A stretch of 64,000 nt of DNA from a virus (IMGVR_UViG_3300014203_000012:119920-183919), one strand, 5' to 3'; numbered from the stretch's first letter, positions 12,201-21,852 are shown. The notes: generated by a model not told the origin, from the sequence alone. Made by a program: numbers and translations.

Positions 12201-15200
12201 TTCATTATTCTGACCAGTATATATTTCACTAGCTTTATCGCCAATTTTATTAGCTCGATCTAGTTTCTTTTGTTGCTTAGGATTTATACCCATAGCATTG
12301 TCTCTGATTTGCGCTAGTATTTCTACTTGCTCTTTCATAAACATTGCAAGTTTATCTGTATTAGCATCTAGTGAAGAATTAATAGAGTCAAATTGATTAC
12401 CCTCTTTAATAGTACCATCTTTGCTTTCATCTCTAGATTGTATTTCAGTTTGTAGAACTGAACGGTATTTATCTAGATTATCTGCATTGATCCCTTTGAT
12501 ACCATGATCTTTTTCTAATTTTGCATATAGTTCATTTTCATTTCCAGTATAGTTTTCTTTTCTAGCCTTCATTTCTCTAACTTTATTAGATTTAACATTT
12601 ACTTCTTTAGAGAGTTTTGCTTTTTCAGCTGTACTTAAATCAGATTCCTGGATAAGACGTTGAGCTTTTTCCATATCTCCAGCGTGAGCAGCTTTAAGAA
12701 TAGCTTTAGATTTTGAAACTCCTAGTTTATCAGTAACTGTAGAGCCTAGATCTTTTACATATTCAGCATGACGTTCATCTAAGAACCCTTTACCTTTTTT
12801 AAGTTCTCCCATGAGATTATGTGCTTTTTCTAAGTCATCTTTACTAGAATTAGATAGGTTTTCATCATATCCCTTTAACTTATAATCTTTACCACGTTTA
12901 GCCATGAACTCAAGACGTTCATCTGCAGTCATGTAGTCAGCATTAGATTTTTCTATTTGATGCTGTCTTACTTTATCTCCAACCCAGCCAATTGCTTTAG
13001 ATGGAGCAGATATTACTTTAGCTCCTATATTAGCAGCTTTCTTAGCTGCCCACGTTACTGGTTTTAGTATTGCTTTTACTGGAGCCATGAGTTTTTTAAC
13101 AAGTGGTATGCCTAAAGCAGATTTTATCGCCCAACCAAAAGCCTTTCCTATACCTTTAAACGTATCTTTTATAGCCAAACTTATTTGTTTACCAATAGGA
13201 GCTATAGAACGTTTGATTGGATCGAGCATATCTTTCTTCATAAAATCAAAGAATTTAGTTTTAAAAGTAGAAGCGAAACCTGCTAACGGATCTATCAATG
13301 TTTCTCTTAAAGCCCCAGATAAACCGCCTTTACGTACGCCTTTAGAATCTGCTTTTCCAAGCATGAAATCTTTAAATTCATCTGTGGTTGATACTAATCC
13401 CAGTCCTGTACCAAGAGCAGCATTACCTAGTAGACCGAATGGTCCTAAAAACATAGTTCCAATTGCAGCAGCAGCTACATTAGGGAAAGCTTTTTGTATA
13501 AGTTTTTGGCTGTCTCCATTGATTAAGCCATCTTTCTCACCGAATAATGCATTTTGTATACCTTCATTATTCTTAGCAAAACTAATAGCTGAACCCATCA
13601 TAAGACCACCAAGTGGTCCAAGTGGAGTTAACATGCCAAGCACCGTACCAGTTATACCATAAGTCTTAGCATCAGGTAAATACTTCGACATGCTTTCTTG
13701 TAATTCATCAGAGAATAATCCGCCGCCTCTTTTGCCGGTGTCGTTCCCTTCTGCATCGTATACTTTTTCACCAAATAAGCCCTTTTGGAAAGTTTCACTA
13801 TTGGATACAACAGATAATGCCGAACCTGCAATAGCTCCTAATAATGGACCACCTATTCCAGTAAGTAAACCTACTGTACCACCAAGTAACCCACCAGCTA
13901 TACCTTTAGGTAAATGCTTTTTAACTTCTGCATTTACTTTTGAAATTTTCATTCCAGCTTCTTTAGTATCAAATAATTGGTTAGCAAAATCGCCTATACC
14001 ATTTTTAAAGTTATTTACACCTTTAGAAATAGCACCTTCTTGGCCAAAAGCAGGAGTACCATTAGCATTTTCAGCAATATCATTTTTATCAAAGACTTTT
14101 CCAAGTCTTTGTTTGATATTTCTTTCATTTACTTCATCCTTACGTCTATCTGCTTTATCTTTATTAGGATTGAATGGATTCTCATCAGATGGGATAATTG
14201 CTTCTCCCTCTGATACTATACTTAATCCACTCTTAGTAATATTTCTAGCACCTTGGGCAAAGTGATTAACTTTGACTTGTCTTTCATCTAATTTAGGATT
14301 GCTTTTGAGATCGAATCCAAAGTTATTATAATAATCTTCTCCTCGTTCGGACGTTCCTCTTTCTGCGTCAGATAAGAATTTATTCCCGATAGGCGTGAAA
14401 TTTTCCAAAGGTGTATCCGTAGCTAAAGTTGGTAATATAGATGGAGAATGGTATTTCAGATTAGCTGTATATGATTCTACTAAATTTTTCTTTTTATACG
14501 ATTCTAAGTAGGGAGCAATAGAAGGATTTGCTTTTGATGCGGATGCTACAAATTTAGTAAAACTCTCACTAATAGCTTTAAGACGTTCTACCGAATTGGT
14601 ATCGAGTATAGCCTGTACGGTAGTGCTTATTTGCTCTTCTGGGATAGACATCTTCCCAAGCGTATCAGAAAAAATCTCTGTATATCTTCCGTATAATGCA
14701 CCCTTAGATGCGATTATATCATTCATTTTATTAGTAAGATCAGAGGTGTCTTTACCTACAGTAGCTCTTTGGTTTATCTGGATTCGTATAGATTTTAAAG
14801 GATCACCTTTACCTAATCCTTTAACAGCTGTCATATATTCGGCCGATAACTCATCTACTTTTTTATATGCGACTTTAGCTTCTGGATCTGAAGTCGCCAA
14901 CCCTAAAAGAGTAGCTAAAGAATCTAACGCTTGAGTAAAAGATTTTCGTTCAGTCGCATTACCAGTGAATGCTTTCTTATTAGCTTCAGCTTGCGATAAT
15001 ATAATATTTGGATCACTTATAGCTTTGTCTTTTGTAGTTCCAAACTGTTTCCAACTTTCATCTTGCTCTCTTTGTAAAGATGATCGTTTTTGTTCTAATT
15101 TTTCTCTACCAGTCTTCATTGAAGAGGTTGCGTGTTCTAAAGCCATACCTTTACTAAAAATAGCATTAGCTCTTTTATTTTTAAGAAGATGCGAATACTT

Positions 15201-18200
15201 TGGATCACTTAGATCTAGTTTGGATAGGATTGTATCGCTAGGAAGTTCTAATATAGATTTGATAGTATTGAGATCTTCAATTTTACCATTACGCTGAGCA
15301 AGTAACTCACTATCATCTTCATTATAGTTTTGAATAGCGAGATCAGTTTCCTGTATCTTACCTTTTCTTTCGGTATAAGATTGTATTTTATTATTAAATA
15401 CTTTTTTAGTTTTAGAATCTCTAAGTTTTATAGAATTTAGGTAGTCTAATCTTTCTTGTAGTTCAGATATTTTTTTAGGATTTGTTTCTTCCTTTAATTT
15501 ATTGGCTATAGTTTGACGCTCTTTAGTGTTAGCGTCTATACGTTTTACAGATTTATTATTTTTAACAGTATGCTTAAATGCTGTTACCTCGTCTATAGCA
15601 TCAACACCAGTAGTTCTCTTAGCACTAGCTATTTTTTGATCTGTAGTTTGTTCACCTAGAATTTTATTATTATAGAATTGATCTGCATCTTTATAGGACT
15701 TTTTCATGTCCTTTTTTACTTCTTCGTATGCTTGGTTATATGCATTTTTAACCGCATCTATAGTAGGAGTTAGTATACCTTCCTTACCAACAAAATAATC
15801 ACTGATACCTTTGGTTATACCATCGATATCTACACCCATTCCCTTTAAAGCATTTTTACTAGCTTTCCACATGGATTCGCCACCAAATTTATCTTTAAAA
15901 GGTTTTAGAAGAGTATTGTCCATCCAATCGTTTATTTTACCGAAAGTGCCTTGCAGTTCCCAACTCATACGATTAAAGAAACCTTTAATCTTATTTCCAT
16001 TTTTGTCTTTAACGTCGGATTCTTGACCATAGAAGAAGTTATAAATATTCTCATCTGCTTTACTTATTACTCCAGTGAGTATATCCGCAGGCTTAGCAGT
16101 TAATTTATCTATACCGTTTCTAATAACGTCATATTTAGCTCCCAAAGAACCAGCTCTGATAAGTTGATTTAAGAAAGTAGTTTTATTATCTTTATCAGCA
16201 GTTTCTTCTAAATTTTTCTTAGAATCTTTTGCACTAGTAGCGATCATATCTGTTAGCCAGGTAGAATTATTTTCCATAGATCTTTTATTATCTCTTACAT
16301 TTCTATTACTAGCATTAACACGAATAGCCCCAGACGCCTCTGATGTATCGTCCATATAACGATCTACTCTCCCAATCATCTTACCTTGAGATTTAGCTTG
16401 ATTATATCTAGAATTTTCAATACGCTCAAAAGAGTCATTCATTGATTTGGTTCTATCCTGTTCTATTTTAGCATTAGATTTTTCTTTAGGCCCTAGAGTT
16501 CTTTCAAATTGTTTTTTTAACTCTTCGTCTGATACGTTGGAGAAATCATCTTGGCGACCATTCGCTTTATTCTTTCCACTTTTTCCACCGCGAGAAGATC
16601 CGCAACCAAAACCATTAGTTTTTCTAATAGCAAATAGCTCACCTTGTATTCCTCTTAAATAGTCAAAGATATTCTTTTTAAACGGATCTGTTACTTTAAG
16701 AATATTAGACTGATCTCCTAGATTGCCATATTTTTCTTTAATAATACCAGTTTTATCGTCAGTTTTAATATGAGAATCCGCATTGTATCCATTAAATAGA
16801 TTTCCGTATAGTGAGTTACCATCTTTTTCTATACCTTCCATTTGACGATTATGCATTTCTCTTTGAGATTGTATATTGTTAGCAGACTTCATTGCAGTTC
16901 CACGTTTAAGATTGGAAAACATGGTTTTAAAAAGTTTCATATTAGCTTTACTTTCTATACCATATTTAGTGTTATCAGATTCGTCCTTAGAATTTGGGTC
17001 GAAGTGCCCAAAATCATCATATATTTTTGTAAATATGGTTTCCATATCTTTATGCATAGCTTCTTTATCTTCTCTAGATTTAAAAGATAAAGCTTCCATC
17101 ATTTTCTTCATCTCGTCAGACATATCAGACGTGGCCGATTGAACGTTAGTTTTTTTAATATTATTAAACTGCGTTTGTACTGCTTTAGCATTAGTCCATT
17201 TACCACTTTTAAGATCATAGAATCGTTCATTAGTTCCACCAATCAATGCTTCTATTCTTCTCAAGTGACCAGGTATAACTTCGATTAAGCTTTTATTAGC
17301 TATTCCATTCCATTGCATATTTCCTTGTTCATATTTAGAAGTGTCAATAGTACTTTTAACAGTATTCTTTAATCCAAATATTTTACCAAGGAACTGCTCT
17401 AATGGATTTGCATTATCATCATTAGCATTTTTATTAAACTTAGCAGTCATAGTGGCGAAAGCGCCAGATAAAGTATCATCGAATTTCTTCAATGCTGTAG
17501 TTAATTTTGGTCCCATCGCACTAGCTATTAAGAACTGTGGTATGATAGCTAATGGATTATTCGCAAACATTTTAAGATTCTCTTCTGAAAGCATACCAAG
17601 CATACCACCAGATGCTTCATTAGCAGCATTTACAAAGTTACCACCAACAGCTTTACCATAAGCTTTAAGATCTGGAGTTCCACTAGCGTTTACAACATCA
17701 TCAAATCTATTTGCTTTCTTCTCTTTTTCTTCCTTCAATTCAACTTTATACTTTTCACGTTGCATTGTAAGCATTTCTTTAAGAATAGCATTCTGTTCTT
17801 GTAAAAGACCAGTCGTAGATTCGAAGTATCTCTTAGAGTTTTCAGCATGTGCACTTACTACTTCAGTATTGAATTTGTATAAAGCGTCAATACCATTAGA
17901 CAATCCGCCAAAGCCAGATTGTATACTATTCATAAGTCTAATAGATTGAGTGTATTGCATATTAGCATTGCTCTTAGCAGTTCCTGCAATATATTCAGCA
18001 GAATTAGCAACAGCATTGGTTACAGCATATGCATTCTTTTCGGATGCAGAGTTGACTGCTTTGATAACCATTTGATCGCCATCTGTTATTGTAGGAGTTG
18101 CATTGGTATCTGTAGTATTATCGAATTCTGACATATCTTCCGTGTCGCCAAAATCACCAAAAGAAGAATCTTCTCTTTTCTTGTTATACAGATTACCAGA

Positions 18201-18449
18201 CTTGATATCTTCCATTGCATTACCAAATGCTAAATCGCTAAGTCTATATACAGTACTACCCTGGATTAGGTCTTTAGCACGTTTTACTGTGGTCTTATAA
18301 TCTCTAACCGAGTGGAATACTTCTTTATAGAGTTCTTGATTAGACTCAGCAAAACTTGATAATGCTGGCGCTTTCTCTGACATATGCTGTATAGCAGCAT
18401 ACGAAACAGACTTGCCTAAGTTCTTTATATAATCAGCAACAGGATTCAT
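6285..18449 (-). CDS. Giant tape-measure / tail-associated lysin (~4054 aa) with C39-like peptidase, phage-tail lysozyme and CHAP/NlpC-like domains
   Basis: Likely start ATG 18449 (MNPVADY) after AGGAGG; 11-aa W-periodic repeats (AWDSVKNxAxN; GGAAGWAGNKL); FAxGA...GE..P motifs; GCGP..H..D (C39), IAGIMGNIQQES..GICQW (lysozyme), GCTAF..GD..DHVVI (CHAP-like). Confidence 0.8.
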   Translation of the reverse strand: MNPVADYIKNLGKSVSYAAIQHMSEKAPALSSFAESNQELYKEVFHSVRDYKTTVKRAKDLIQGSTVYRLSDLAFGNAMEDIKSGNLYNKKREDSSFGDFGDTEDMSEFDNTTDTNATPTITDGDQMVIKAVNSASEKNAYAVTNAVANSAEYIAGTAKSNANMQYTQSIRLMNSIQSGFGGLSNGIDALYKFNTEVVSAHAENSKRYFESTTGLLQEQNAILKEMLTMQREKYKVELKEEKEKKANRFDDVVNASGTPDLKAYGKAVGGNFVNAANEASGGMLGMLSEENLKMFANNPLAIIPQFLIASAMGPKLTTALKKFDDTLSGAFATMTAKFNKNANDDNANPLEQFLGKIFGLKNTVKSTIDTSKYEQGNMQWNGIANKSLIEVIPGHLRRIEALIGGTNERFYDLKSGKWTNAKAVQTQFNNIKKTNVQSATSDMSDEMKKMMEALSFKSREDKEAMHKDMETIFTKIYDDFGHFDPNSKDESDNTKYGIESKANMKLFKTMFSNLKRGTAMKSANNIQSQREMHNRQMEGIEKDGNSLYGNLFNGYNADSHIKTDDKTGIIKEKYGNLGDQSNILKVTDPFKKNIFDYLRGIQGELFAIRKTNGFGCGSSRGGKSGKNKANGRQDDFSNVSDEELKKQFERTLGPKEKSNAKIEQDRTKSMNDSFERIENSRYNQAKSQGKMIGRVDRYMDDTSEASGAIRVNASNRNVRDNKRSMENNSTWLTDMIATSAKDSKKNLEETADKDNKTTFLNQLIRAGSLGAKYDVIRNGIDKLTAKPADILTGVISKADENIYNFFYGQESDVKDKNGNKIKGFFNRMSWELQGTFGKINDWMDNTLLKPFKDKFGGESMWKASKNALKGMGVDIDGITKGISDYFVGKEGILTPTIDAVKNAYNQAYEEVKKDMKKSYKDADQFYNNKILGEQTTDQKIASAKRTTGVDAIDEVTAFKHTVKNNKSVKRIDANTKERQTIANKLKEETNPKKISELQERLDYLNSIKLRDSKTKKVFNNKIQSYTERKGKIQETDLAIQNYNEDDSELLAQRNGKIEDLNTIKSILELPSDTILSKLDLSDPKYSHLLKNKRANAIFSKGMALEHATSSMKTGREKLEQKRSSLQREQDESWKQFGTTKDKAISDPNIILSQAEANKKAFTGNATERKSFTQALDSLATLLGLATSDPEAKVAYKKVDELSAEYMTAVKGLGKGDPLKSIRIQINQRATVGKDTSDLTNKMNDIIASKGALYGRYTEIFSDTLGKMSIPEEQISTTVQAILDTNSVERLKAISESFTKFVASASKANPSIAPYLESYKKKNLVESYTANLKYHSPSILPTLATDTPLENFTPIGNKFLSDAERGTSERGEDYYNNFGFDLKSNPKLDERQVKVNHFAQGARNITKSGLSIVSEGEAIIPSDENPFNPNKDKADRRKDEVNERNIKQRLGKVFDKNDIAENANGTPAFGQEGAISKGVNNFKNGIGDFANQLFDTKEAGMKISKVNAEVKKHLPKGIAGGLLGGTVGLLTGIGGPLLGAIAGSALSVVSNSETFQKGLFGEKVYDAEGNDTGKRGGGLFSDELQESMSKYLPDAKTYGITGTVLGMLTPLGPLGGLMMGSAISFAKNNEGIQNALFGEKDGLINGDSQKLIQKAFPNVAAAAIGTMFLGPFGLLGNAALGTGLGLVSTTDEFKDFMLGKADSKGVRKGGLSGALRETLIDPLAGFASTFKTKFFDFMKKDMLDPIKRSIAPIGKQISLAIKDTFKGIGKAFGWAIKSALGIPLVKKLMAPVKAILKPVTWAAKKAANIGAKVISAPSKAIGWVGDKVRQHQIEKSNADYMTADERLEFMAKRGKDYKLKGYDENLSNSSKDDLEKAHNLMGELKKGKGFLDERHAEYVKDLGSTVTDKLGVSKSKAILKAAHAGDMEKAQRLIQESDLSTAEKAKLSKEVNVKSNKVREMKARKENYTGNENELYAKLEKDHGIKGINADNLDKYRSVLQTEIQSRDESKDGTIKEGNQFDSINSSLDANTDKLAMFMKEQVEILAQIRDNAMGINPKQQKKLDRANKIGDKASEIYTGQNNELVNTTNESISKAYDGQKISEANKNVLADNPNRFQDIKKLAYNGYKFKDLDKILSYDANTFKRFIELGQSGYEIKDYDKLAKMSDEGFGNILAFVQTGMKITNMDAIMNEDPEVIKAMVELFKGGFNNVSQDTLKKMAPKKSQYLGSAKDKAIDKMYDSTNEDDEKAADNVSKVNGNNYDPRTNYQKYKDDVGKVISPIGEEFSRGKSIAKTGISMAANDIAGGIRSTKNAIGAGISSIGASIADKYKTLRHPSILPNGFADGATSITKGGVAVLSKGEQVVPANENKFAATSTPVPKDSKSPTQVNTEYGIESYTKSTDGSMVMANSKDNKAIQEKISDRDNTQKGILTNLKIMAGVASGKLKVGAEAAKSIAKGGLAGALSGLLDLVKLPMTMLKSFGSLLGLPLQLLGLGGVGSWMGGKLGGAASWVGNKLGAAAGWAGNKLGGAAGWAGNKLGGFASKIKDKIIGTKLGGAMVGKLGALSTRFGNSKIGGFLGKGLTKGKSLLGKAGGKISGLFGGGDSSSAVDGDGNAVDEPTDLLAAMNTHRTTMVSYLQQIIDLLKGGAGVGDSSGNPIADAAQEIRDRSDGKATKAKGAAAAGGKPGALSRAGSFISKHKGKLALAAGAAAIGTSLFSSSKAEAATPDNSDAPNTTTTNAPSFSNTASGLIGGGLRIVRDIANNPEIVEKAQAFIAKAKDALKSLVEKVGKFIPSSKAYTAVQEFCGKLLEKMAAPKNIAKIVEKLGAKLSMAAAYATVGAATAGIGDVVLAVGEAISWFWHGWSGSDELYQIKSGSTAGMKFVAGFVDAVVNMIPILGYVIQTDDVLDMALGIIGPPCGFTRADVEKLRNGGSDSTNESQDNKDPSENKGPSGVGGFFQKSWNSAKDIASNTWDSVKNFAANAWDSTKKMANNAWDSVKNGAQNISDKVGNAYNSAKNTVATWMDKNSATGKTGPKFGRGAGTLADGFHSQLDPANAMNFNTSQDSTPQTMEDSGCGPVSATNMASALGVNIDPKSAAKYALSKGYKEKDGGTEPGYFGDILGKYGIGTEQVQSPTDIKSNLSQGNPVLLMGKDNKGVNNDNPYGQYNHYVVGTGMDGKGNITVQDPESTTPDKMYKASSVLGKSSMAIAAGKGKFGRGNKVLKSAMGKLGTGKWGRGTEDNAQKIWNFLKDKKMSSEAIAGIMGNIQQESSFDPTADNGTHRGICQWDKNDRYARMSALGDPNLLDTQLNFMWQEMNERGVVDKLNSSKSIKEAAEIWDTDFEVSGGSEMGKRVSYGENIFNTIGQGKPFSGSATNSKTNNKDTKKKNTGFFGQLSELAETMSNAFNLNSSDATTPPHTGKGKWGRGIELDNSAAPGLAPTTTTEITKPSVNTAGVSLSGESAPGATPINNSNKVAAAAQTASSDGMLGGVLSAAKSMTGKMQQALGPLAGAITSQAGSFFGADKLKMIFGDDNPFSSIFGSKDKKDKKQSDGYTGEKFVSNSTNAGIQKASTWAEGLVESDQPQGYGPNGCTAFAKDYIEHSGNEFANSMPLWTPTLMEQAKASGLWKDASKGGAEGDIGLINTDSDPSDPDHVVIADGKGGYFGNSSSTLKVKHGPMADTWGDKNIFGYVATGAGDGSVVTGNKTNGVDTAAEAGPGSASGKSGLNKFGTGKTGPRKFGTGTMLDQIKDSIKAVPEDFIQDYNKITDDDSMDVAKAKAQKIKEMWDAAQAQLKPNSTSPAINLPSPEGIAQSDLTAKTLSGKQPISEVNPSYANALVKEATKNTDNPLNGISTNFIDGFNNKTDTQESSSQDNSIIKTKNSRGQELLSQLKQARKNFALKHLNGGVGTGSPIWGRGTDQTNIESITDSIDKNIIDPNIIKANSSNPVSVAQAQQDKSQISQACAPDYSPKLDMIISLLASIAGALTGQTPSTQAQTNTTTASNQKSSLSPASILSKLSSMGNGSNNGFGDIMATKDTQSIISAMRAIAIS

Positions 18450-18511
18450 ATCCCATTCCTCCTTTCTTTTAACATTTATATCTATGTTTTCACCTACACT
18501 TCTTATACGAG

Positions 18512-18545
18512 ACAAACCATAGAGACTACCACATTGTGGTAGTCT
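18512..18545. repeat. 34-bp direct repeat copy 1 (contains terminator hairpin AGACTACCAC-ATT-GTGGTAGTCT)
   Basis: ACAAAC(C/A)ATAGAGACTACCACATTGTGGTAGTCT, 33/34 identical to 19774-19807. Confidence 0.9.
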
Positions 18546-18552
18546 CTTATAT

Positions 18553-19683
18553 CTATTTTTCACCATATGCCGATTTGGTATCAGTTAAGAACATTGTAAA
18601 TTTTGTTCTTGGAATGATTTCTAATATATTATCCCATAATAAAGATATATTAGATAGATTAGGTATTAGTGTAGGAGTGGTACATGTCGTAATATCACCT
18701 AAACCTAATTGAGGGTTATTACCATATGCTTTTACAGTACCGTCATCTAGTAATACCATTGAATAATAATACCCACTTGCTATTTGTTTTACATTAGTTA
18801 GATTAGGTATTAACGTAGGACTAGTACGATTAACTGCATCACCTAACCCTAATTGTCCGCCAACATTATATCCAAAGGTATATACTGTACCATCGGTTAT
18901 TAATATCGATGTGTGGTGGGTTCCACCAGATATTTGTTTTGCGTTAGATATACCAGGTATTAAAGTAGGAGTAGATATTGGATTTGTGGTATTGCCTAAA
19001 CCTAATTCACCGAGACTATTATAACCAAATGCTTTTATTGTACCATCATTTAATAATGCAAACGAATTATAACTACCTCCTGCTATTTGTTTTACGTTAC
19101 TTAGACTAGGTATTAATTTAGGCATTAAACTATTACCAACATATCCTAATTGACCGGAATCATTCAGCCCAAATGATTTTACTGTACCATCATTTAGTAA
19201 TGCTAAAGAATGATATATACCACCTGCTATTTGTTTTACATTAGTTAAATTAGGTATTATTGTAGGAGTTTTATATGGTGTTGTAGTATTTCCTAACCCT
19301 AATTCACCTTGAGCATTATATCCCCACCCTTTTACAGTTCCATCATTTAATACTGCCAGCGAATGATTATTACATCCTACTATTTGTTTTACATTCGTCA
19401 ATCCAGGTATTAACGTAGGAGTAGATATCGGGGTTGTGGTATTGCCTAAACCTAATTGACCATCCGTATTATTACCAAATGAATATAATGTACCGTCATT
19501 TAGTAAAACTAAAGAATAATCATACCCACATGATGTTTGTTTTACGTTAGTTAAATTAGGTATTAACGTAGGGGTGTCGAGATTTGTGATATTACCTAAA
19601 CCTAATTGACCGGTAGTGTTATAACCAAATGATTTTACTGTACCATCGTTTAATAAAACTAAAGAATGTAGATTTACACTCAT
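18553..19683 (-). CDS. RCC1/BLIP-II-type repeat protein, 7 repeats (beta-propeller)
   Basis: Seven ~51-aa repeats SLxLLNDGTVKxFGxNxxGQLGLGN...PTLIPxLxNVKQI; ATG 19683 after GAGGTG. Confidence 0.9.
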   Translation of the reverse strand: MSVNLHSLVLLNDGTVKSFGYNTTGQLGLGNITNLDTPTLIPNLTNVKQTSCGYDYSLVLLNDGTLYSFGNNTDGQLGLGNTTTPISTPTLIPGLTNVKQIVGCNNHSLAVLNDGTVKGWGYNAQGELGLGNTTTPYKTPTIIPNLTNVKQIAGGIYHSLALLNDGTVKSFGLNDSGQLGYVGNSLMPKLIPSLSNVKQIAGGSYNSFALLNDGTIKAFGYNSLGELGLGNTTNPISTPTLIPGISNAKQISGGTHHTSILITDGTVYTFGYNVGGQLGLGDAVNRTSPTLIPNLTNVKQIASGYYYSMVLLDDGTVKAYGNNPQLGLGDITTCTTPTLIPNLSNISLLWDNILEIIPRTKFTMFLTDTKSAYGEK

Positions 19684-19773
19684 TATACTCACCTCTTATT
19701 TCTTTTACACAATATTCATATATTTGATTTAGTATTATAAAGGTGTTGTATATATTCAGCTCCCATATATTAA

Positions 19774-19807
19774 ACAAACAATAGAGACTACCACATTGTG
19801 GTAGTCT
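19774..19807. repeat. 34-bp direct repeat copy 2
   Basis: Matches 18512-18545; the two copies bracket the RCC1 gene and its promoter. Confidence 0.9.
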
Positions 19808-19823
19808 TATATAATTATTCTTT

Positions 19824-20354
19824 TTATTTAACCCAAGGTGGGCAAGGAGCATATACTTTTAAGCTTTCATAACCTTGAACGAAAGCTTCACCGCGCCCAA
19901 AGATTTTATTGCCATCTGCATCCACACCAATTTGTTTAGGATATGGACGACTGCCAGCTTCAACTTCTTTTAAACTAACTGCAACGTCAGACTTTTCTCT
20001 GCCGCCTAATTGAAGCTTGCGACCGCAATGAACATAAGTGTTGATAAATTCTTTTGAAACGTCAACAAGGTTTTCTGCTTCTGCACGTTTGAATTCATAT
20101 TTTTCCATAAGAGTAGCAGCTTCATTTTGTGGGATTTTTGCTGCGCCTGACATCGCCGAAGCAACCATTGCTCGAACTGCCTTAGAAGGATTGAAAGAAT
20201 CAGATTTTCCTTCTTTTGAATAAATGCCAACTTCGTATGAAGTGTCATTCATCATTGCCCTCATTACACGAGCCTCATCTTTACGACTACTCGTTACTTG
20301 AGTGATTGTGCCTTTAATTTCCTCGATTAGTGCTTTTACTGTTTCCTTTTCCAT
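19824..20354 (-). CDS. Hypothetical protein
   Basis: 176-aa ORF, RBS AGGGGG. Confidence 0.75.
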   Translation of the reverse strand: MEKETVKALIEEIKGTITQVTSSRKDEARVMRAMMNDTSYEVGIYSKEGKSDSFNPSKAVRAMVASAMSGAAKIPQNEAATLMEKYEFKRAEAENLVDVSKEFINTYVHCGRKLQLGGREKSDVAVSLKEVEAGSRPYPKQIGVDADGNKIFGRGEAFVQGYESLKVYAPCPPWVK

Positions 20355-20448
20355 TTTTACTTCCCCCTATTTTAGTTTATTTGGATATAGTTGATTATAA
20401 ATAAGTTACATGTATAATAAATTATTATACATGTAATTGTATTGAAAC

Positions 20449-21498
20449 CTAATTAACCGTAAACTTTTGATTGCCTACAGATAAACTATATGCAAACATT
20501 TGTATATTTTGACTTAATTCATCTATATCTTTTTCAATTTTCGATAATTTCGTATATACATACTGAACTTGGTCACTGGATACTTCTGTCATAAGACTTT
20601 CACACATCGCCAAATACATACGCTCTAAATCTAACTCACTTTCTATACGAAAGCGTTTAAGTGTAAGACCATCAAGCAATGGTGAATTATCTCCAACGAT
20701 AGGCATGAACTTATCAAGATTGGCAAAGATATCTTGTATATCAAAAGTTTTAGTTCCCACTATACAAAATTCTTGTAATACCACAGTTTTAGATGCGGTG
20801 TTAAATTTTTTATTTAGTTCATTAAGATATGTAGTGGCGTCGCTTATCTTAAGAGATGAGCAGGCTGCACTGCAACAATTCTCTGGAAATTTTATATTTG
20901 TTGAAGGTTTTTCTTTCATATTAGGATTTACTTCACTAATTGGAACGGATTTAAGTATCTCATCATCTTTTAGCTCACGAGGTTTAATACATTTAGTTTT
21001 TTCACTTGACTTTGTTTTGACAAGCGGAGAGCCGAACATATCTTCCAGGTTTGATTTATCTTCTACCAAATCTAGACATGGTACAGGATCGTTTTCAGAT
21101 ACTATTCTTGAGAAATATAGTTCTATATTATTATGAGTTATATGCCAACCAACTGCACTCAATACTAACTCTTTAACAAATTTAATATTTTTAATACCTT
21201 TGAATTTTTTGTTATCGGTATTAATGTCTATTTGACACGCTGAATCTAGACAAAGCGCATGTACTGTTTGAGGTACGATGTTAAAGCATAATGCATTATC
21301 GTAGAATCCAACATACTTTATGATCATATTTACAGCAATACCGGTATATGGATTATTGAAATATTCAAATATTACTGGAAGATCGTTAATAGAAATTGTA
21401 ACTTTATCTACTCCTGCCTTATTTAGAATAGCAATAAATTCTTGTAAATTGAAGTCTTTCATATTTACATTATTCGGAACTACACAAAGTTTAATCAT
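20449..21498 (-). CDS. Hypothetical protein
   Basis: 349-aa ORF, RBS GAGGTG. Confidence 0.7.
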   Translation of the reverse strand: MIKLCVVPNNVNMKDFNLQEFIAILNKAGVDKVTISINDLPVIFEYFNNPYTGIAVNMIIKYVGFYDNALCFNIVPQTVHALCLDSACQIDINTDNKKFKGIKNIKFVKELVLSAVGWHITHNNIELYFSRIVSENDPVPCLDLVEDKSNLEDMFGSPLVKTKSSEKTKCIKPRELKDDEILKSVPISEVNPNMKEKPSTNIKFPENCCSAACSSLKISDATTYLNELNKKFNTASKTVVLQEFCIVGTKTFDIQDIFANLDKFMPIVGDNSPLLDGLTLKRFRIESELDLERMYLAMCESLMTEVSSDQVQYVYTKLSKIEKDIDELSQNIQMFAYSLSVGNQKFTVN

Positions 21499-21593
21499 TT
21501 TTATACACCTCTTATTATATATTCTTTACCCTAGTGTCCGCACTCCAATCAAGTTCTAATTTAATATTGCCTTAGTATAAGATGATTAGCATT

Positions 21594-21728
21594 TTATTTT
21601 CCTCCTATTTTTTTAAGTCTTACCACAGGATATATGAGTTTAATTGGTTTACACCTTTCATGTAATATTTGATCTATTTGTTCTCTACTGCATTTAGATA
21701 TTGTATCTAGAAAATCTGATTTATTCAT
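21594..21728 (-). CDS. Small hypothetical protein (44 aa, not in ORF track)
   Basis: GGAGG RBS then MNKSDFLDTISKCSREQIDQILHERCKPIKLIYPVVRLKKIGGK-stop. Confidence 0.5.
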   Translation of the reverse strand: MNKSDFLDTISKCSREQIDQILHERCKPIKLIYPVVRLKKIGGK

Positions 21729-21812
21729 ACCATATACCTCCAATAATTAGTTACTTATAAGTCTATACTCTTTCAATTATTTATATTTACACCCATCTAA
21801 ATGGATACAGCA

Positions 21813-21824
21813 AACACTAGAGTA
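21813..21824 (+). promoter_or_regulatory. Late-type promoter AACA-N6-TA
   Basis: AACACTAGAGTA ~30 nt before RNAP beta start; same pattern precedes most structural genes. Confidence 0.55.
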
Positions 21825-21852
21825 AATTTGATACAGAAGGTGGTGGATAACA

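Noticed and set aside
7258-18300. Many plus-strand ORFs (65-199 aa) opposite the tape-measure gene
   Set aside because: Antisense shadows of a long Gly/Ala-rich gene; no RBS, P/L/S-biased composition
18450-18566. ORF-track N-terminal extension of the 4093-aa protein
   Set aside because: Runs through a terminator and the late promoter; ATG 18449 has the AGGAGG RBS
18553-19683. CRISPR-like repeat/spacer array suggested by recurring AAACCTAATTGACC-type repeats
   Set aside because: Repeats are in-frame coding units of ~150 nt of the RCC1 protein
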